Part shown: piece after piece, positions 40,787 through 52,425 of the stretch | Position numbering within the stretch: position 1 is the stretch's first letter | How the letters are laid out: each line of letters opens with the position of its first letter | Origin: a bacterium | Lineage (GTDB): Bacteria; UBA8248; JACPRG01; G963555815 | Length of the DNA: 64,000 bases | Direction: 5' to 3' | Assembly: GCA_965261595.1 (NCBI GenBank) | Contig: CBDHDG010000005.1 | Coordinates: 64,001-128,000, forward strand | Notes under the pieces: model-generated | Seen by the model: only the letters and a program-made list of their open reading frames with translations | Database searches by the model: none | Told to the model about the DNA's origin: nothing | Translations under genes and position numbers: made by a program

Positions 40787-41770
40787 CTATTCGGACCGAA
40801 CGGTGATCCCCTTTTCCTTGTAATAACGGGCAGCGCCGCGGTGGAAGGGGATGGGGACGCCGCTTGTGGCGGTCTTCCAGCTCATCTTTCTCAACCAGGC
40901 GAGCTTCTGGAAGGGCTTGGGGGTCTCGTAGATGGCCTTGGTGATCTTGTAGACCAGGTCGTCCGGCAGCTTGCTACTCGCGACAAGCATGTTGTTGTCG
41001 GAGATGGTCCAGGCGTCTTCGATCTGCCCCTTGTACATCCCCTTCGGGATCTTGACGGCGACATAGCCCGGGAAGTTGCTCACGAGCTTATCGGCAACAG
41101 CCTTCTTCATGCCCAGAACCCGGACCGGGAAGGAGGCCTCAAGCTGCATGATGAGGGGGTTGGGGATCGACTGGGCCAACTGGATCACGTCCACCTGCCG
41201 GTCCTTCATGAGGAGAACGGCATCGCTCCAGCCCACGTGGTGGACCTTTCCGCCGGACTTGCGGATCATCTCGAAGCTGAGCCCGTGGGCCGCAAGCATC
41301 CGCGCATAGGCCTGTGTAGAGCCCCAGCCCTTCTTTCCCGCGGAGGTCCGCTTCCCCTTGATGTCGTAGAAGGTCTTAATGGAGCTCTTGGCGGGCACGG
41401 TGATCGAAAAAACGGAATCCATATAGATTCCGATGGCCCGGAAATTCCGGTTGGGCTTCTTGAAAACGCCCTTTCCATTCCAGGCCTCGCCCGAAACACC
41501 CGTGTAGGTGAACCCCATCTGGATTTTACCGCTCTGGATGTTGCGGACGTTGGTGATGGCTCCCCCCGTCGTCACGGTGGAGATCACGCCGGGGATCTTG
41601 GCGTTGATGACGCTGGCGGTGATGGCCATGGTGGGGAACCACGAACCGCCCAGACTGGAGGCGCCGATCTTGAGAAAAGTCCTCTCCGCGGCAAGGGCGC
41701 CCGTCCCGGCAAAGCCGGTTAACCCCAGAAAACCTAAAGCCAGCAAAACGGTCATGATCTTTCGGTACAT
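40787..41770 (-). CDS. TAXI-family TRAP solute-binding protein
   Basis: Signal peptide; GGSWF, TGGAITN, PIPFHRGAARYYKE. Confidence 0.92.
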   Translation of the reverse strand: MYRKIMTVLLALGFLGLTGFAGTGALAAERTFLKIGASSLGGSWFPTMAITASVINAKIPGVISTVTTGGAITNVRNIQSGKIQMGFTYTGVSGEAWNGKGVFKKPNRNFRAIGIYMDSVFSITVPAKSSIKTFYDIKGKRTSAGKKGWGSTQAYARMLAAHGLSFEMIRKSGGKVHHVGWSDAVLLMKDRQVDVIQLAQSIPNPLIMQLEASFPVRVLGMKKAVADKLVSNFPGYVAVKIPKGMYKGQIEDAWTISDNNMLVASSKLPDDLVYKITKAIYETPKPFQKLAWLRKMSWKTATSGVPIPFHRGAARYYKEKGITVRSE

Positions 41771-41901
41771 TGTGACATCCTCCCTTTTCCGTCCCCCTCG
41801 AGAGCGAGAGTGAGCGGCCTTCCCCGACCGTTGGAGACGCAATTCCCCTTTGGGCCCTGGTAGAGTCAGAATGCGCATAATGCTAACATTATGTGATCAA
41901 A

Positions 41902-43569
41902 CCGGAATTTCCCATATCAACTTGCTTGGGTGGTTTCCGGTCCCCTTTCCCGATGAAAACCAGTTGACCCCCTTCCGATGGGTCTGTCAAGAGCCTTCCA
42001 ACCCTCCGCAACAAGGTGCTGACGGCCATCGACTGCCCCAAAAGGCGGACCCTCGCCCTTCGGTCCCCTTTATTCGCGGTTCAACCCGTTAACCAATCAC
42101 CTCATGCTGCCGGGAACCCTCTGCACAAGGTTAGACCGGCACCGGCCGTAATCGGTTGATTCGGTCCAGGATGATGGCGAACTCTTCCCTGGATACCGCT
42201 ACTTCGGCCAATTGAAAGATGATCTGCCGGGCGTGCCGCACAATCCTCCCGCCCATTTTGATGAGCTTGACCTGGAGGCTTCGCAGCGACCAGTGCTTGA
42301 GCCCCCTGGGCAAGGCTAGCCTGCGCAGGAAATTGCCCAGGTTGTACGCCAGGACGAAGAGAAGGAGCCGCACCTGGTTGCACACGAACCGGTGACAGGA
42401 AAGGCGTGTCCAGTTCAGGGCGTACTTGCCTTCCTTGATCCATTGCTCGGCTGTGCCTCGCTGGTTGTAGAAGTGCACGACCCCCTCGGGTCGAGCCGTC
42501 AGGTTCGTGACAATGAATCCGACGCGAGGGAAGAGTTCGCCTGAGTGCCATTCCACCTTCGCCACGACCCGCCGGGAACGGTCCCAGCTTCCAGCCTGAT
42601 ACCGGAAGTCGTAATAGAAGATGATGGGTCTCTTGGGCGGGCGACCGACCGGGCGGGTGAGGAGGAAGTCGATCTCTCGCTGCACCACGTCGTTGGCGGG
42701 AAGGCGGATGGCGTAAAGGAAGCTGTGCGCTTCCAGGCACTCATAGACCTCCGGGCGCGCAAAGGCGGCATCGGCTCGGAAGTAACGGCGAACACCCGCC
42801 CGCTCATACCGGGCCGCGATGGGCGAAAGCAACTCGCGCCAGCCATCGGCGCTGTGCACGTTGCCGGGGCGCAACATCGCCCCTTCGCAGTCCCCGAACT
42901 GGTTAAAGCAAAAAAGAGGGTGATAACAGGTGCAACGAAAGTGGCCGTTGTAGGCCGTACCTTCCTGCTCCCCATGGACGGGGCTTTCCGAGCTGTCCAT
43001 GTCCAGGATGATTCGCTGATGGGGTGAGTGTGCCATGGCCCGGTCCACCCACTCCCGGTTCAGCTCGCTCCGGCCCCTTGAGATTCTCCTCCCTGGTGAG
43101 AACCTCGGTCTCGAACCGGCTCAGGGTGTTGGCGCCCGCCGCCTGCTTCTCAAGCGCTCGGCGGCCGACCACGGCTTGCATCGCGGGGTCCTGGGCCAAC
43201 CGCTCGGCATCGTTGGTGTCTTCATACCCTGCCAAGCGGCTATAGACCGACTGGCGCAATAGCGGCGCCAACTCATGCTGGATGTTCCGGCCATGACGGA
43301 TCTCTTGCAATTGCACTGGCGCTCTCACCGTCAAACCCAGCGCATCATCCAGCTCCCGGCAGGCCAGCAATCCCGCATCCGAAGTGATTCTGGTTCCGTG
43401 AAACTCAAGCCTCAGCCGACGGTCAAAACGGATCTTCAAAGCCCCCTTCTTCGCTTCACCCATTGGGTCCCCTCGCAAGATGATGGCAGGGAGAGGCCAA
43501 CACCTTGATCTTACACGAGAAAACGGCATTCGGTCCGACAAAACTTATGATCCATATGGGAAATGCGGG
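41902..43569 (-). mobile_element. IS1380-family element A, copy 2
   Basis: 1668 bp; same IRs and same frameshift as copy 1. Confidence 0.93.
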
Positions 43570-44186
43570 TTCAAACCTTCCCGCCGCCAGATTCGCTGCA
43601 CCCGATCCTTCCCCACCGGCCAGCCCGAGCTCTGCAGCAACGCCGTGATTCGTCGATAACCGTACCGCCCGTACTGCGCCGCCAGAGCCACCACCGCTCG
43701 TGTCAGCTCATCCTCGTCCAACCGATCCATCGGCCGGTATCGTTGCGTTCCCCTCCATTGCCCTAGCAGCCGGCAGGCGCGCCGTTCCGACAGGCCATAC
43801 TTCCACCGCGCACACTCCACCGCGCAACGTCGCCGCTCAGGGCTCAGAAGTTTCCCTGGGCTACGTCCCGTAGCACTTGCTTCTCCAGCGACAACTCGGC
43901 CACCAGTCGCTCAACCGCGTATTTTCCTTCTTGAGCTCCTTCAGCCGTTTCGCCTGATCCAGCTTCAGCCCTCCATATTCCTTCCGCAGCGGTAATAAGT
44001 CTGGGTGTGGATACCGGCTTCCTTGCAGGCTTCGGGAGCCGTCTTCCCGTTTGCCATCTGCACTTCGATCTGCCGCAGCAAGGTCACAATCTGCTCTGCT
44101 TTGTACTTTCGGATCGGCATGTCCAGCTTCCTCCTTCGTGAGATCCTCTCTCACTTCTGCTGGTACAAAAAACGCCGGGCAGGTCA
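43570..44186 (-). mobile_element. Truncated IS3-family (IS407-group) element
   Basis: IR TGACCTGCCCGGCG; RKEYGGLKLDQAKRLKEL; LSERRACRL, YGYRRI; cut by IS1380. Confidence 0.85.
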
Positions 44187-44217
44187 GGTATTCCGTTCGG
44201 TTTGCGATAGTAATATA

Positions 44218-44848
44218 GAACGTCGGGGACGGAGCCTCGGCGGCCTCGACGCTGCGCTATTTCCGGTCAACGGACGCGACAATTACGACTTCCGACACTG
44301 AAGTGGGTACGGACGCGGTGCCGGGGCTTGCCGTTGCGAGGACCAGCCTCCATACGCTGGAGAAGCTGCCAAGCCCCGGAACGTACTACTATGGCGTGTG
44401 CGTGGACGCGGTGGCGGGAGAATCCGACACGTCGAACAACTGTTCGAGTGGGGCGGAGGTCGTTGTACCGGCGCCGGCGCCGCTCCAGGGGAGGGACAAC
44501 CCCGACCTGATAATCGACGGACTAACGGTCTTCATTAGCCCTGGTCCTTTTCAGGGAGGGCCGTTCAGCCTGACGGCGACGGTGCGGAACGTCGGGGACG
44601 GAGCCTCGGCGGCCTCGACGCTGCGCTATTTCCGGTCAACGGACGCGACAATTACGACTTCCGACACTGAAGTGAGTACGGCCGCGGTGGCGGGGCTTGC
44701 CGCTTCGGAGAGCATCGGCGAGTCGGTCGACCTGACCCCTCCAACGACTCCCGGATCGTAATACTACGGGGCATGCGTGGACACGGTGACGGGCGAGTCC
44801 GACACGACCAACAACTGCTCGACATCCGTGCAGATCGGTGTCAATTGA
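44218..44848 (+). pseudogene. CARDB/Ig-like repeat surface-protein fragment
   Basis: Two repeats 369 bp apart (TVRNVGDG...STLRYFRSTDATITTSDTEV; YYGxCVD...ESDTxNNCS); nonsense TAA at 44759. Confidence 0.7.
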
Positions 44849-45279
44849 ATTTTCTTTCTCCGCGCTCTGATGCTCGAACCCCAACGCCGGTCAGGGAATG
44901 AGGATCAGCCGGTGACTTGGATCGCTCCCGGCGCGGGGTTGCGGACGCCTACAGGCTGACCGGGACGGACCGCTGGATGGCGCTGATGCGGTGCCTAGTG
45001 ATCGTACGCAAGTACTGACGGCCAGAGGCGGGAGATGGGCCGCGCTCGATCGGCGCGTGTGCGGCACCGGGTCTGAACGAAGTCAGCTTCCAGGCGCTCA
45101 AGGTGTTGCGCCGACCCGGCTGCGGGTTGTGTGAATCGTGGCGCTGCCAAGTTGCACGGTGCACCGCGATTTGTTACCTCTGGTGCCGGAAAGACAACGC
45201 GGAACGTATTAGCTTTGATTTAATCTGACATATCGGCGATAGTTGGCGGGTTTCTGACCACGGGACGGGGGGCTTCGGG

Positions 45280-45820
45280 CCTGTATCAATATACGGCGAT
45301 AGACGATTGCAGCCGCTACAAGGTGTTGGGGATTGATCCGCGCCGCACGGCCTCGAACACCCTCGACTTCCTTGAGCAGGTGCTTGAGGAGAAGCCTTTG
45401 CCCATACAGCGGTTCCAGACGGATCGTGGCCGCGCGTTCTTCGCCTACAAGGTCCAGCAACGCCTCATGGAATGGGCGATCAAGTTCCGTCCGATCAAGC
45501 CTCGGTCACCCCATCTGAACGGCAAGGTCGAGCGCAGCCAGAAGACCGATCTGCAGGAGTTCTGGTCAACCGTCGATCTGAAGGCAGTCGATCTTCAACA
45601 GCAGCTGGACGAATGGCAGCACTTCTACAATTGGCATCGACCGCATACGGCCCTGAACGGCCGTTCACCCATTGATCGTGTTTGCGACCTGCCGTCGAAA
45701 ACGCCCCCGTCCGAAGACGCCTACGCCGCGTTCGATCCGACCAAGGAGCGAATCTGGGACCAGAACTACGCTATGGATCAGAAGCTGCGCGAATTGAAAT
45801 GAACTGATACGAACCCCACA
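45280..45820 (+). pseudogene. IS481-family transposase 3' fragment
   Basis: QTDRG, PHLNGKVERSQ, YNWHRPH. Confidence 0.8.
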
Positions 45821-45822
45821 GC

Positions 45823-48277
45823 TTACACGGTCTGCTTGTAATCGATTTTTAGGCTAGGAAACATCTCGGCCAACTTCTTCGCGGCGTCGTGTGTGGTGTT
45901 TCCCCATTGATTGGACAGGACATAAGTTTTGTTCTCGGCATGAAAGGGTTCACCCTCTTCGCAGAAGAAACGCTTCGACCGTGGCACGGCTCCCCCACCG
46001 TCATCCTTCACGATCTGTTCTTTCACCTGCTCCGCATCCAGCGTACCCTCGAAGACTTTTAATTTTCTCTTGGGGATGGCGCCCATGATTTGTTCCGGTG
46101 TGCCGCCGTTCGCCAGCACCTCTGAAACAAGCAGAAACATCATCTTGCGTTTGTTTTGTGCCCGGTATTGTTTACCGGCGATGCTGACGTCGTACTTGCT
46201 GAAATCTCGTGCGCCTTGTCTCGATTCCCGCTCTTTTTGTTTCTTCTGCCGAATCCGGACTTGATAATCGGCCGCTTCCGGTATTGGGATGACGGTTTGG
46301 ACGTCCATGAAGGTCTGCCCGTCACTTACATAAGGGTGCATTCGGACGCAGCGGATATCCAGCCCAAGATCGTTCAGCCACATCACCGCCGTCGTCAGCT
46401 CTTTTGAAAATTCGGCCGAGGCGAGGACGATTTTGACCTCCTGGCCGAATGCCTGTTCATCCAAATCATTCCAGTCCAGGAATTCGAGCAGACTTTCTCT
46501 CGCGTCCTGCTCAATGTTGCTCTTACTCAGGTAGCCCTCGTATCCCCCGCTCTAGGGTTTTGTTGGACACTCGATTGATCCATGATTCATGGAGAAAGGG
46601 GTGTCGCGATGAACGAACAAAAGCAAGAGGGGGCTTTGGCGGAGGGCGCCCGCAGGGCGAACGGAGCCAAGGCCCCAGGGCATCGCAGTGAGCGGGGTCG
46701 GTTCTCCTGCCAGCGCAAGCGGGAGGCGGTCCTGCGTCTTTTGCGGGGCGAGAGCCTGGAGACGCTCTGCCGCGAGTTGGGCACGACAGCGGCTCGGCTT
46801 TCCGCCTGGCGCGAGGCGTTCCTTCGCGGGGGCGAGGCGGCGCTCAAAGCCCGCCCGGCGGATGAGCGGGCCGAGGAGAACGCCCGGCTCAAGGCCAAGG
46901 TGGGCGAACTCACGATGGAGGGCGAGGTCCTGCGGGAGAAGATCGACCGCCTGGAGGCCGGCCGCCCTTTAGCCGGCAGGAGGTGGAGGCGATGAGTCAG
47001 GCCCGCTTCACCTCCACGGGCAGAGCCTACGGCCTGAAGCGGGTGTGCGCCCTTTGGGGCTTGGCGCGCTCCACGGTCTACGCGCAACGGCGGCGAGAGG
47101 CGGTCCCCGTTCATGAACGCCCCACGCCCAATAAGCGCGGCCCTGTGGGCCCGTGCACCGATGCGGAACTCCTCGGCCACATCCGGCAGGTCCTGGAGGA
47201 CTCTCCCTTCCATGGCGAGGGCTACCGCAAGGTGTGGGCGAGGCTGCGCTTCGCGGGCATCCGCACCAGCAAGGAGCGGGTGCGTCGCCTGATGCGGGAG
47301 GCGGGGCTTCAGGCCCCCCACCGGGTGGGCAAACCCCGAGGTCCCAAGGCCCACAACGGGACCATCCGCACCGAGCGGCCCGACCGAATGTGGGGCACGG
47401 ACATGACGACGACGGTGACCACCGAGGAGGGGATGGCCTCGGTGTTCGTGGCGGTGGATCACTGCTCGGTGGACTGCGTGGGGATCCATGCGGCCAAGAG
47501 CGGCAACCGCTTCGAGGCCCTGGAGCCGATCCGGCAGGGGGTCGCCGAGCGCTTCGCCGGCTTGGAGGCGGACGTCGCCGAGGGGCTTAAAGTTCGTCAC
47601 GACCACGGCCCCGCCTATCTGTCCGATGACTTTCAGCGGGAGATCGCCTACCTGGGCATGACCAGTTCGCCCAGCTTCGTGCGGGCGCCCGAGGGAAATG
47701 GCTACTGTGAGTGGTTCATCCGCATCTTGAAGGAGAATCTCCTGTGGGTGCGCTCTTTCGCCACCGTAGAGGAACTGCGGTGGGCGCTGCTTGAGTTCAA
47801 GAACCTGTACAACCATCATTGGATTCTCGAGGGCTACGGCTACCGAACGCCGGCCCAGGCAAGGCAGGAAAAACTCGCTCAAGTTGCGGAGGCCGCATGA
47901 GGTCGAATACCCTCACCCGAGTGTCCAATAACCCAGGGGCGGTCCACGTATTTCGTCACCAACTCGTCAAAGGTTAGCGTGGAGATCATCGCGGCATAGC
48001 GAATGGCCTGCAGTTCCATGTATCCGCCATCTTCCGTGCGCTTTAGTTCGATCACGACGAGGTTGGCGCCTTTGTCGATGCCCAGCAAATCAATGCGCCG
48101 CCGACTGCCCTCCCAGTCGCTAAATTCCTCAGCCACGATCAGCGTATCCGGAGAAATCACATCGATCTGGGATTTCAGAAGAGCCTGGAGATCATGCCGC
48201 TCCCGCAAGCCTTGCTGCGCAAACGTTGTGCGTTCGATCGGAAGAATTTTGTTGTTATCGATGCGGTAAATCGGCAT
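45823..48277 (-). pseudogene. PD-(D/E)xK (NucS-like) nuclease-domain protein interrupted by IS3-B
   Basis: AEEF...RIDLLGID...VVIELKR...LQAIRYA; removing the IS and one CGTA restores a 348-aa frame. Confidence 0.8.
46543..47946 (+). mobile_element. IS3-family element B, copy 2
   Basis: 1404 bp; TSD CGTA; orfA 46609-46995, orfB 46992-47900. Confidence 0.95.
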
Positions 48278-48299
48278 ACGGCTATCCTTTCATCGTGCG

Positions 48300-48560
48300 C
48301 TCCGGCGGCTTGTTGCGGCGGCCCTTGCGGTGGGTCCGGCTCTTTAGTCCCTTCTCCTACAGCACGGCCTTGATCTCCGCCGACCGGTAGACGCTGTCCG
48401 CCCATGCGTCCGCGGCGGTGTTGTCGGGATCGAGAATGTCTTCCACCACCTGGCTGTCGTGCACAGCCGCGTCCGTCACGTGATAGCACCGGATCAGCTT
48501 ATGCTTGCGGTCCACGTTGATACGGTTCATGTAACCATGATAGTTCCCGCCGTGCTTCTT
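48300..48560 (-). pseudogene. IS5-family transposase fragment
   Basis: YHGY..INVDRKHKLIR.Y.VTDAAVHDS. Confidence 0.7.
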
Positions 48561-48599
48561 GGTCCGGCTCGGATGACGGCTCTGCTTCGCGCGCCGCAC

Positions 48600-49104
48600 G
48601 CGGCGTTGCCTTTCCCGCAGCGCGGATTATACCTGCCCTCGATGAATTGGAAGATCGCCACGCGCGCCTCGGCCTGGGTACGGAACGAACGCCGGTTGAT
48701 GAACTCGCACTCCAGCGTGGCGAAAAAGCTCTCGGCATGGCGTTATCAAAGCAGTCGCCGGCCGAGCCGGTCTCCCGAGCGAACCAAGCCGTAGCTTTTG
48801 CCAGTATCTCCCGCTCTTCGCAAAGCTGACGGTTCTTTCGACGAAGCCGCCGCAGCTCCTCGAGTTCCGAACTCCTCAGACCGTCCTCACGACGGCCCTC
48901 GTCGCGATCGGCTTGGCGTAACTAGTTGCGAATCGCCGAAGCGGAACACTCGAACTCGCGGGCCAGCTCCCCTGCCATGCGGCCCGCAAAGACCAGTTCG
49001 ACCATCTGGCGCCGGTACGCCGGCGCGTAAGGCGGATGAGTTTTCGGCATCTGAACACCTCCTGACCAATGTCTGAAAGTGTACACGGAAACGGGTCAAC
49101 TCCA
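48600..49104 (-). mobile_element. Degenerate, internally deleted IS3 element related to A
   Basis: IR TGGAGTTGACCCGTTT; ILAKATAWFARET joined to FFATLECEFI. Confidence 0.75.
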
Positions 49105-49316
49105 GTTTCCGTAGACGACATCGACAAATATTGCCGCGACTACCAGAAATTCAAAGAACGGGTCATCACATGGGCAAGACGGCTACCCGAGATACTGAGT
49201 CAACTCGACTTTGCAGCGCCAATACAGTTAGAGATATCGAATGAGGGTGATGCCTTTGCGGAGCATGTTGAGGTGAACGTTTCAACGTCTACCGGATACA
49301 GTTTCATCCCTATTGA

Positions 49317-50984
49317 CCCGCATTTCCCATATGGATCATAAGTTTTGTCGGACCGAATGCCGTTTTCTCGTGTAAGATCAAGGTGTTGGCCTCTCCCTGC
49401 CATCATCTTGCGAGGGGACCCAATGGGTGAAGCGAAGAAGGGGGCTTTGAAGATCCGTTTTGACCGTCGGCTGAGGCTTGAGTTTCACGGAACCAGAATC
49501 ACTTCGGATGCGGGATTGCTGGCCTGCCGGGAGCTGGATGATGCGCTGGGTTTGACGGTGAGAGCGCCAGTGCAATTGCAAGAGATCCGTCATGGCCGGA
49601 ACATCCAGCATGAGTTGGCGCCGCTATTGCGCCAGTCGGTCTATAGCCGCTTGGCAGGGTATGAAGACACCAACGATGCCGAGCGGTTGGCCCAGGACCC
49701 CGCGATGCAAGCCGTGGTCGGCCGCCGAGCGCTTGAGAAGCAGGCGGCGGGCGCCAACACCCTGAGCCGGTTCGAGACCGAGGTTCTCACCAGGGAGGAG
49801 AATCTCAAGGGGCCGGAGCGAGCTGAACCGGGAGTGGGTGGACCGGGCCATGGCACACTCACCCCATCAGCGAATCATCCTGGACATGGACAGCTCGGAA
49901 AGCCCCGTCCATGGGGAGCAGGAAGGTACGGCCTACAACGGCCACTTTCGTTGCACCTGTTATCACCCTCTTTTTTGCTTTAACCAGTTCGGGGACTGCG
50001 AAGGGGCGATGTTGCGCCCCGGCAACGTGCACAGCGCCGATGGCTGGCGCGAGTTGCTTTCGCCCATCGCGGCCCGGTATGAGCGGGCGGGTGTTCGCCG
50101 TTACTTCCGAGCCGATGCCGCCTTTGCGCGCCCGGAGGTCTATGAGTGCCTGGAAGCGCACAGCTTCCTTTACGCCATCCGCCTTCCCGCCAACGACGTG
50201 GTGCAGCGAGAGATCGACTTCCTCCTCACCCGCCCGGTCGGTCGCCCGCCCAAGAGACCCATCATCTTCTATTACGACTTCCGGTATCAGGCTGGAAGCT
50301 GGGACCGTTCCCGGCGGGTCGTGGCGAAGGTGGAATGGCACTCAGGCGAACTCTTCCCTCGCGTCGGATTCATTGTCACGAACCTGACGGCTCGACCCGA
50401 GGGGGTCGTGCACTTCTACAACCAGCGAGGCACAGCCGAGCAATGGATCAAGGAAGGCAAGTACGCCCTGAACTGGACACGCCTTTCCTGTCACCGGTTC
50501 GTGTGCAACCAGGTGCGGCTCCTTCTCTTCGTCCTGGCGTACAACCTGGGCAATTTCCTGCGCAGGCTAGCCTTGCCCAGGGGGCTCAAGCACTGGTCGC
50601 TCCGAAGCCTCCAGGTCAAGCTCATCAAAATGGGCGGGAGGATTGTGCGGCACGCCCGGCAGATCATCTTTCAATTGGCCGAAGTAGCGGTGTCCAGGGA
50701 AGAGTTCGCCATCATCCTGGACCGAATCAACCGATTACGGCCGGTGCCGGTCTAACCTTGTGCAGAGGGTTCCCGGCAGCATGAGGTGATTGGTTAACGG
50801 GTTGAACCGCGAACAAAGGAGACCGAAGGGCGAGGGTCCGCCTTTTGGGGCAGTCGATGGCCGTCAGCACCTTGTTGCGGAGGGTTGGAAGGCTCTTGAC
50901 AAACCCATCGGAAGGGGATCAACTGGTTTTCATCGGGAAAGGGGACCGGAAACCACCCAAGCAAGTTGATATGGGAAATTCCGG
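49317..50984 (+). mobile_element. IS1380-family element A, copy 3
   Basis: 1668 bp; same IRs and frameshift. Confidence 0.93.
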
Positions 50985-51100
50985 CTTGATAGGCCCGGAC
51001 GGCCTGAGCGCGTGGAAGGCCGAATCATTCCAATAGCCAATCCTTGTCCAACCAAATCGACGATCCTGAGAGGCCTAGCCATCCATGACAGTCTACCAGA

Positions 51101-51127
51101 AAATGTTGGAATGTGAGACCTGACCCC
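51101..51127 (+). repeat. 27-bp inverted repeat, left copy
   Basis: AAATGTTGGAATGTGAGACCTGACCCC; 26/27 match to the reverse complement of 60477-60503. Confidence 0.8.
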
Positions 51128-51172
51128 ATTCCTTTTGCGTTCGATGTCCAACGAGACCCGACCAATTTTTTG

Positions 51173-51202
51173 TTGACAGGCGGAGTCAAGAAATGCTATA
51201 CT
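51173..51202 (+). promoter_or_regulatory. sigma70 promoter of the ABC-hydantoinase operon
   Basis: TTGACA-18 bp-TATACT with TGn; palindrome TTGAC-N7-GTCAA over the -35. Confidence 0.7.
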
Positions 51203-51344
51203 GGGTCATAATTCGAGAAAAGTCTGGCCATCGTGGTCGGGGAACCTTTCCCCTGAAGCCCCGTGATTTCCGGGACTTCAGGGTGAAAATCAGGGTGTCT
51301 TCATGGCAATCCTTTAGCCCCACGCGCAAGAGGGAGGTGCCAAG

Positions 51345-52355
51345 ATGAAAGGCGTTCGCCAAATCATTTGTCTCATGGTTGTGGCCGCAATGGTGGTCTT
51401 ATTTGGAACCGGCTTGAAAGAGGGCTGGGCGGCCGAAAAAAGGTTCAAGGTGGCCATGGTCCTGTTCGGGAAGATCACCGATCAGGGCTGGAATTCGATG
51501 ATGTACGAAAGCGTGGTTAATCTGAAGGACAAGCACAATCTCCAGATCGAGTACTCCGAGAACGTCTCACCAGCGGATGCCGAGCGTGTCATCCGGGGTT
51601 ACGCTTCCCGCGGATTCAATCTGATTATTGCGCACGCCTTCGCCTACGGCAAGGTCACGATGGGAGTGGCCAAGGACTTTCCGCAGGTGAAGTTCGCTCG
51701 CTGCTGTTACGGCGGACCCAAGGACATTGCCGAAAACGTCAACGTGTACGACGTTGACTCACATGAGGTTTCCTTCCTGGCGGGGATGCTCGCGGGACTT
51801 TACACCAAGAACAATAAGGTGGGTGTAACGGCCGCCCTGAAGATTCCTGATTTCAACGAGAACATCAACGCATTCAAACAAGGCGTCAAGGCCGCCAATC
51901 CCTCCGCCCAGTTCATCGTCACTTGGGTTGGATCCTTCGAAGCCCCGGTCAAAGCCAAAGAGGCCACCCTCGCCATGATCGACAACGGCGTGGACGTCGT
52001 CTTTTCCCTCGGAAATGGAACGGGCCTTGGGACGATTCAGGCCTGCAAGGAAAGGAACATTCCCGTCGTCGGCATTCACCGGGACAAAAACAAAATCGCC
52101 CCGGGCGTGGTCATCACAAGTGTGGTCTGGCGGATGGAGCCCATCATCGAGCGGTTCATCAAAGATGCGCGAAAAGGCACCTACGGAAAGCTCCTCTTCA
52201 GGGTCAGCCTGAAAGAAGGCGGGGCCGAGTTGGCGCCGTTCCATGCGTATGAAAACAAAATTTCCGCTGACATCAAGGACAAGCTTGCCAAGGCGAAACA
52301 GGATATTTTGAGCGGAAAGATCAAGGTGAAGTTCGATCAGAAGCCGCCGAACTAA
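51345..52355 (+). CDS. BMP-family ABC transporter substrate-binding protein
   Basis: Signal peptide; DQGWN, FLAGMLAG, WVGSF. Confidence 0.9.
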   Translation: MKGVRQIICLMVVAAMVVLFGTGLKEGWAAEKRFKVAMVLFGKITDQGWNSMMYESVVNLKDKHNLQIEYSENVSPADAERVIRGYASRGFNLIIAHAFAYGKVTMGVAKDFPQVKFARCCYGGPKDIAENVNVYDVDSHEVSFLAGMLAGLYTKNNKVGVTAALKIPDFNENINAFKQGVKAANPSAQFIVTWVGSFEAPVKAKEATLAMIDNGVDVVFSLGNGTGLGTIQACKERNIPVVGIHRDKNKIAPGVVITSVVWRMEPIIERFIKDARKGTYGKLLFRVSLKEGGAELAPFHAYENKISADIKDKLAKAKQDILSGKIKVKFDQKPPN

Positions 52356-52425
52356 ATCCTCTCGAATCGGCAGACAATAGAAGCCCCCTGCCCTGGCGGA
52401 AACTCAGTCGTGGAGACGGACAGGC

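Noticed and set aside
39218..41722. 834-aa plus-strand ORF, and similar long ORFs such as 35570-37444, 26851-28359 and 8771-10066
   Set aside because: Antisense shadows of well-supported GC-rich genes
44218..44674. 88-bp exact repeat as a DGR template/variable pair or CRISPR
   Set aside because: It is an in-frame protein domain repeat; differences nearby are not adenine-specific; no reverse transcriptase or cas genes
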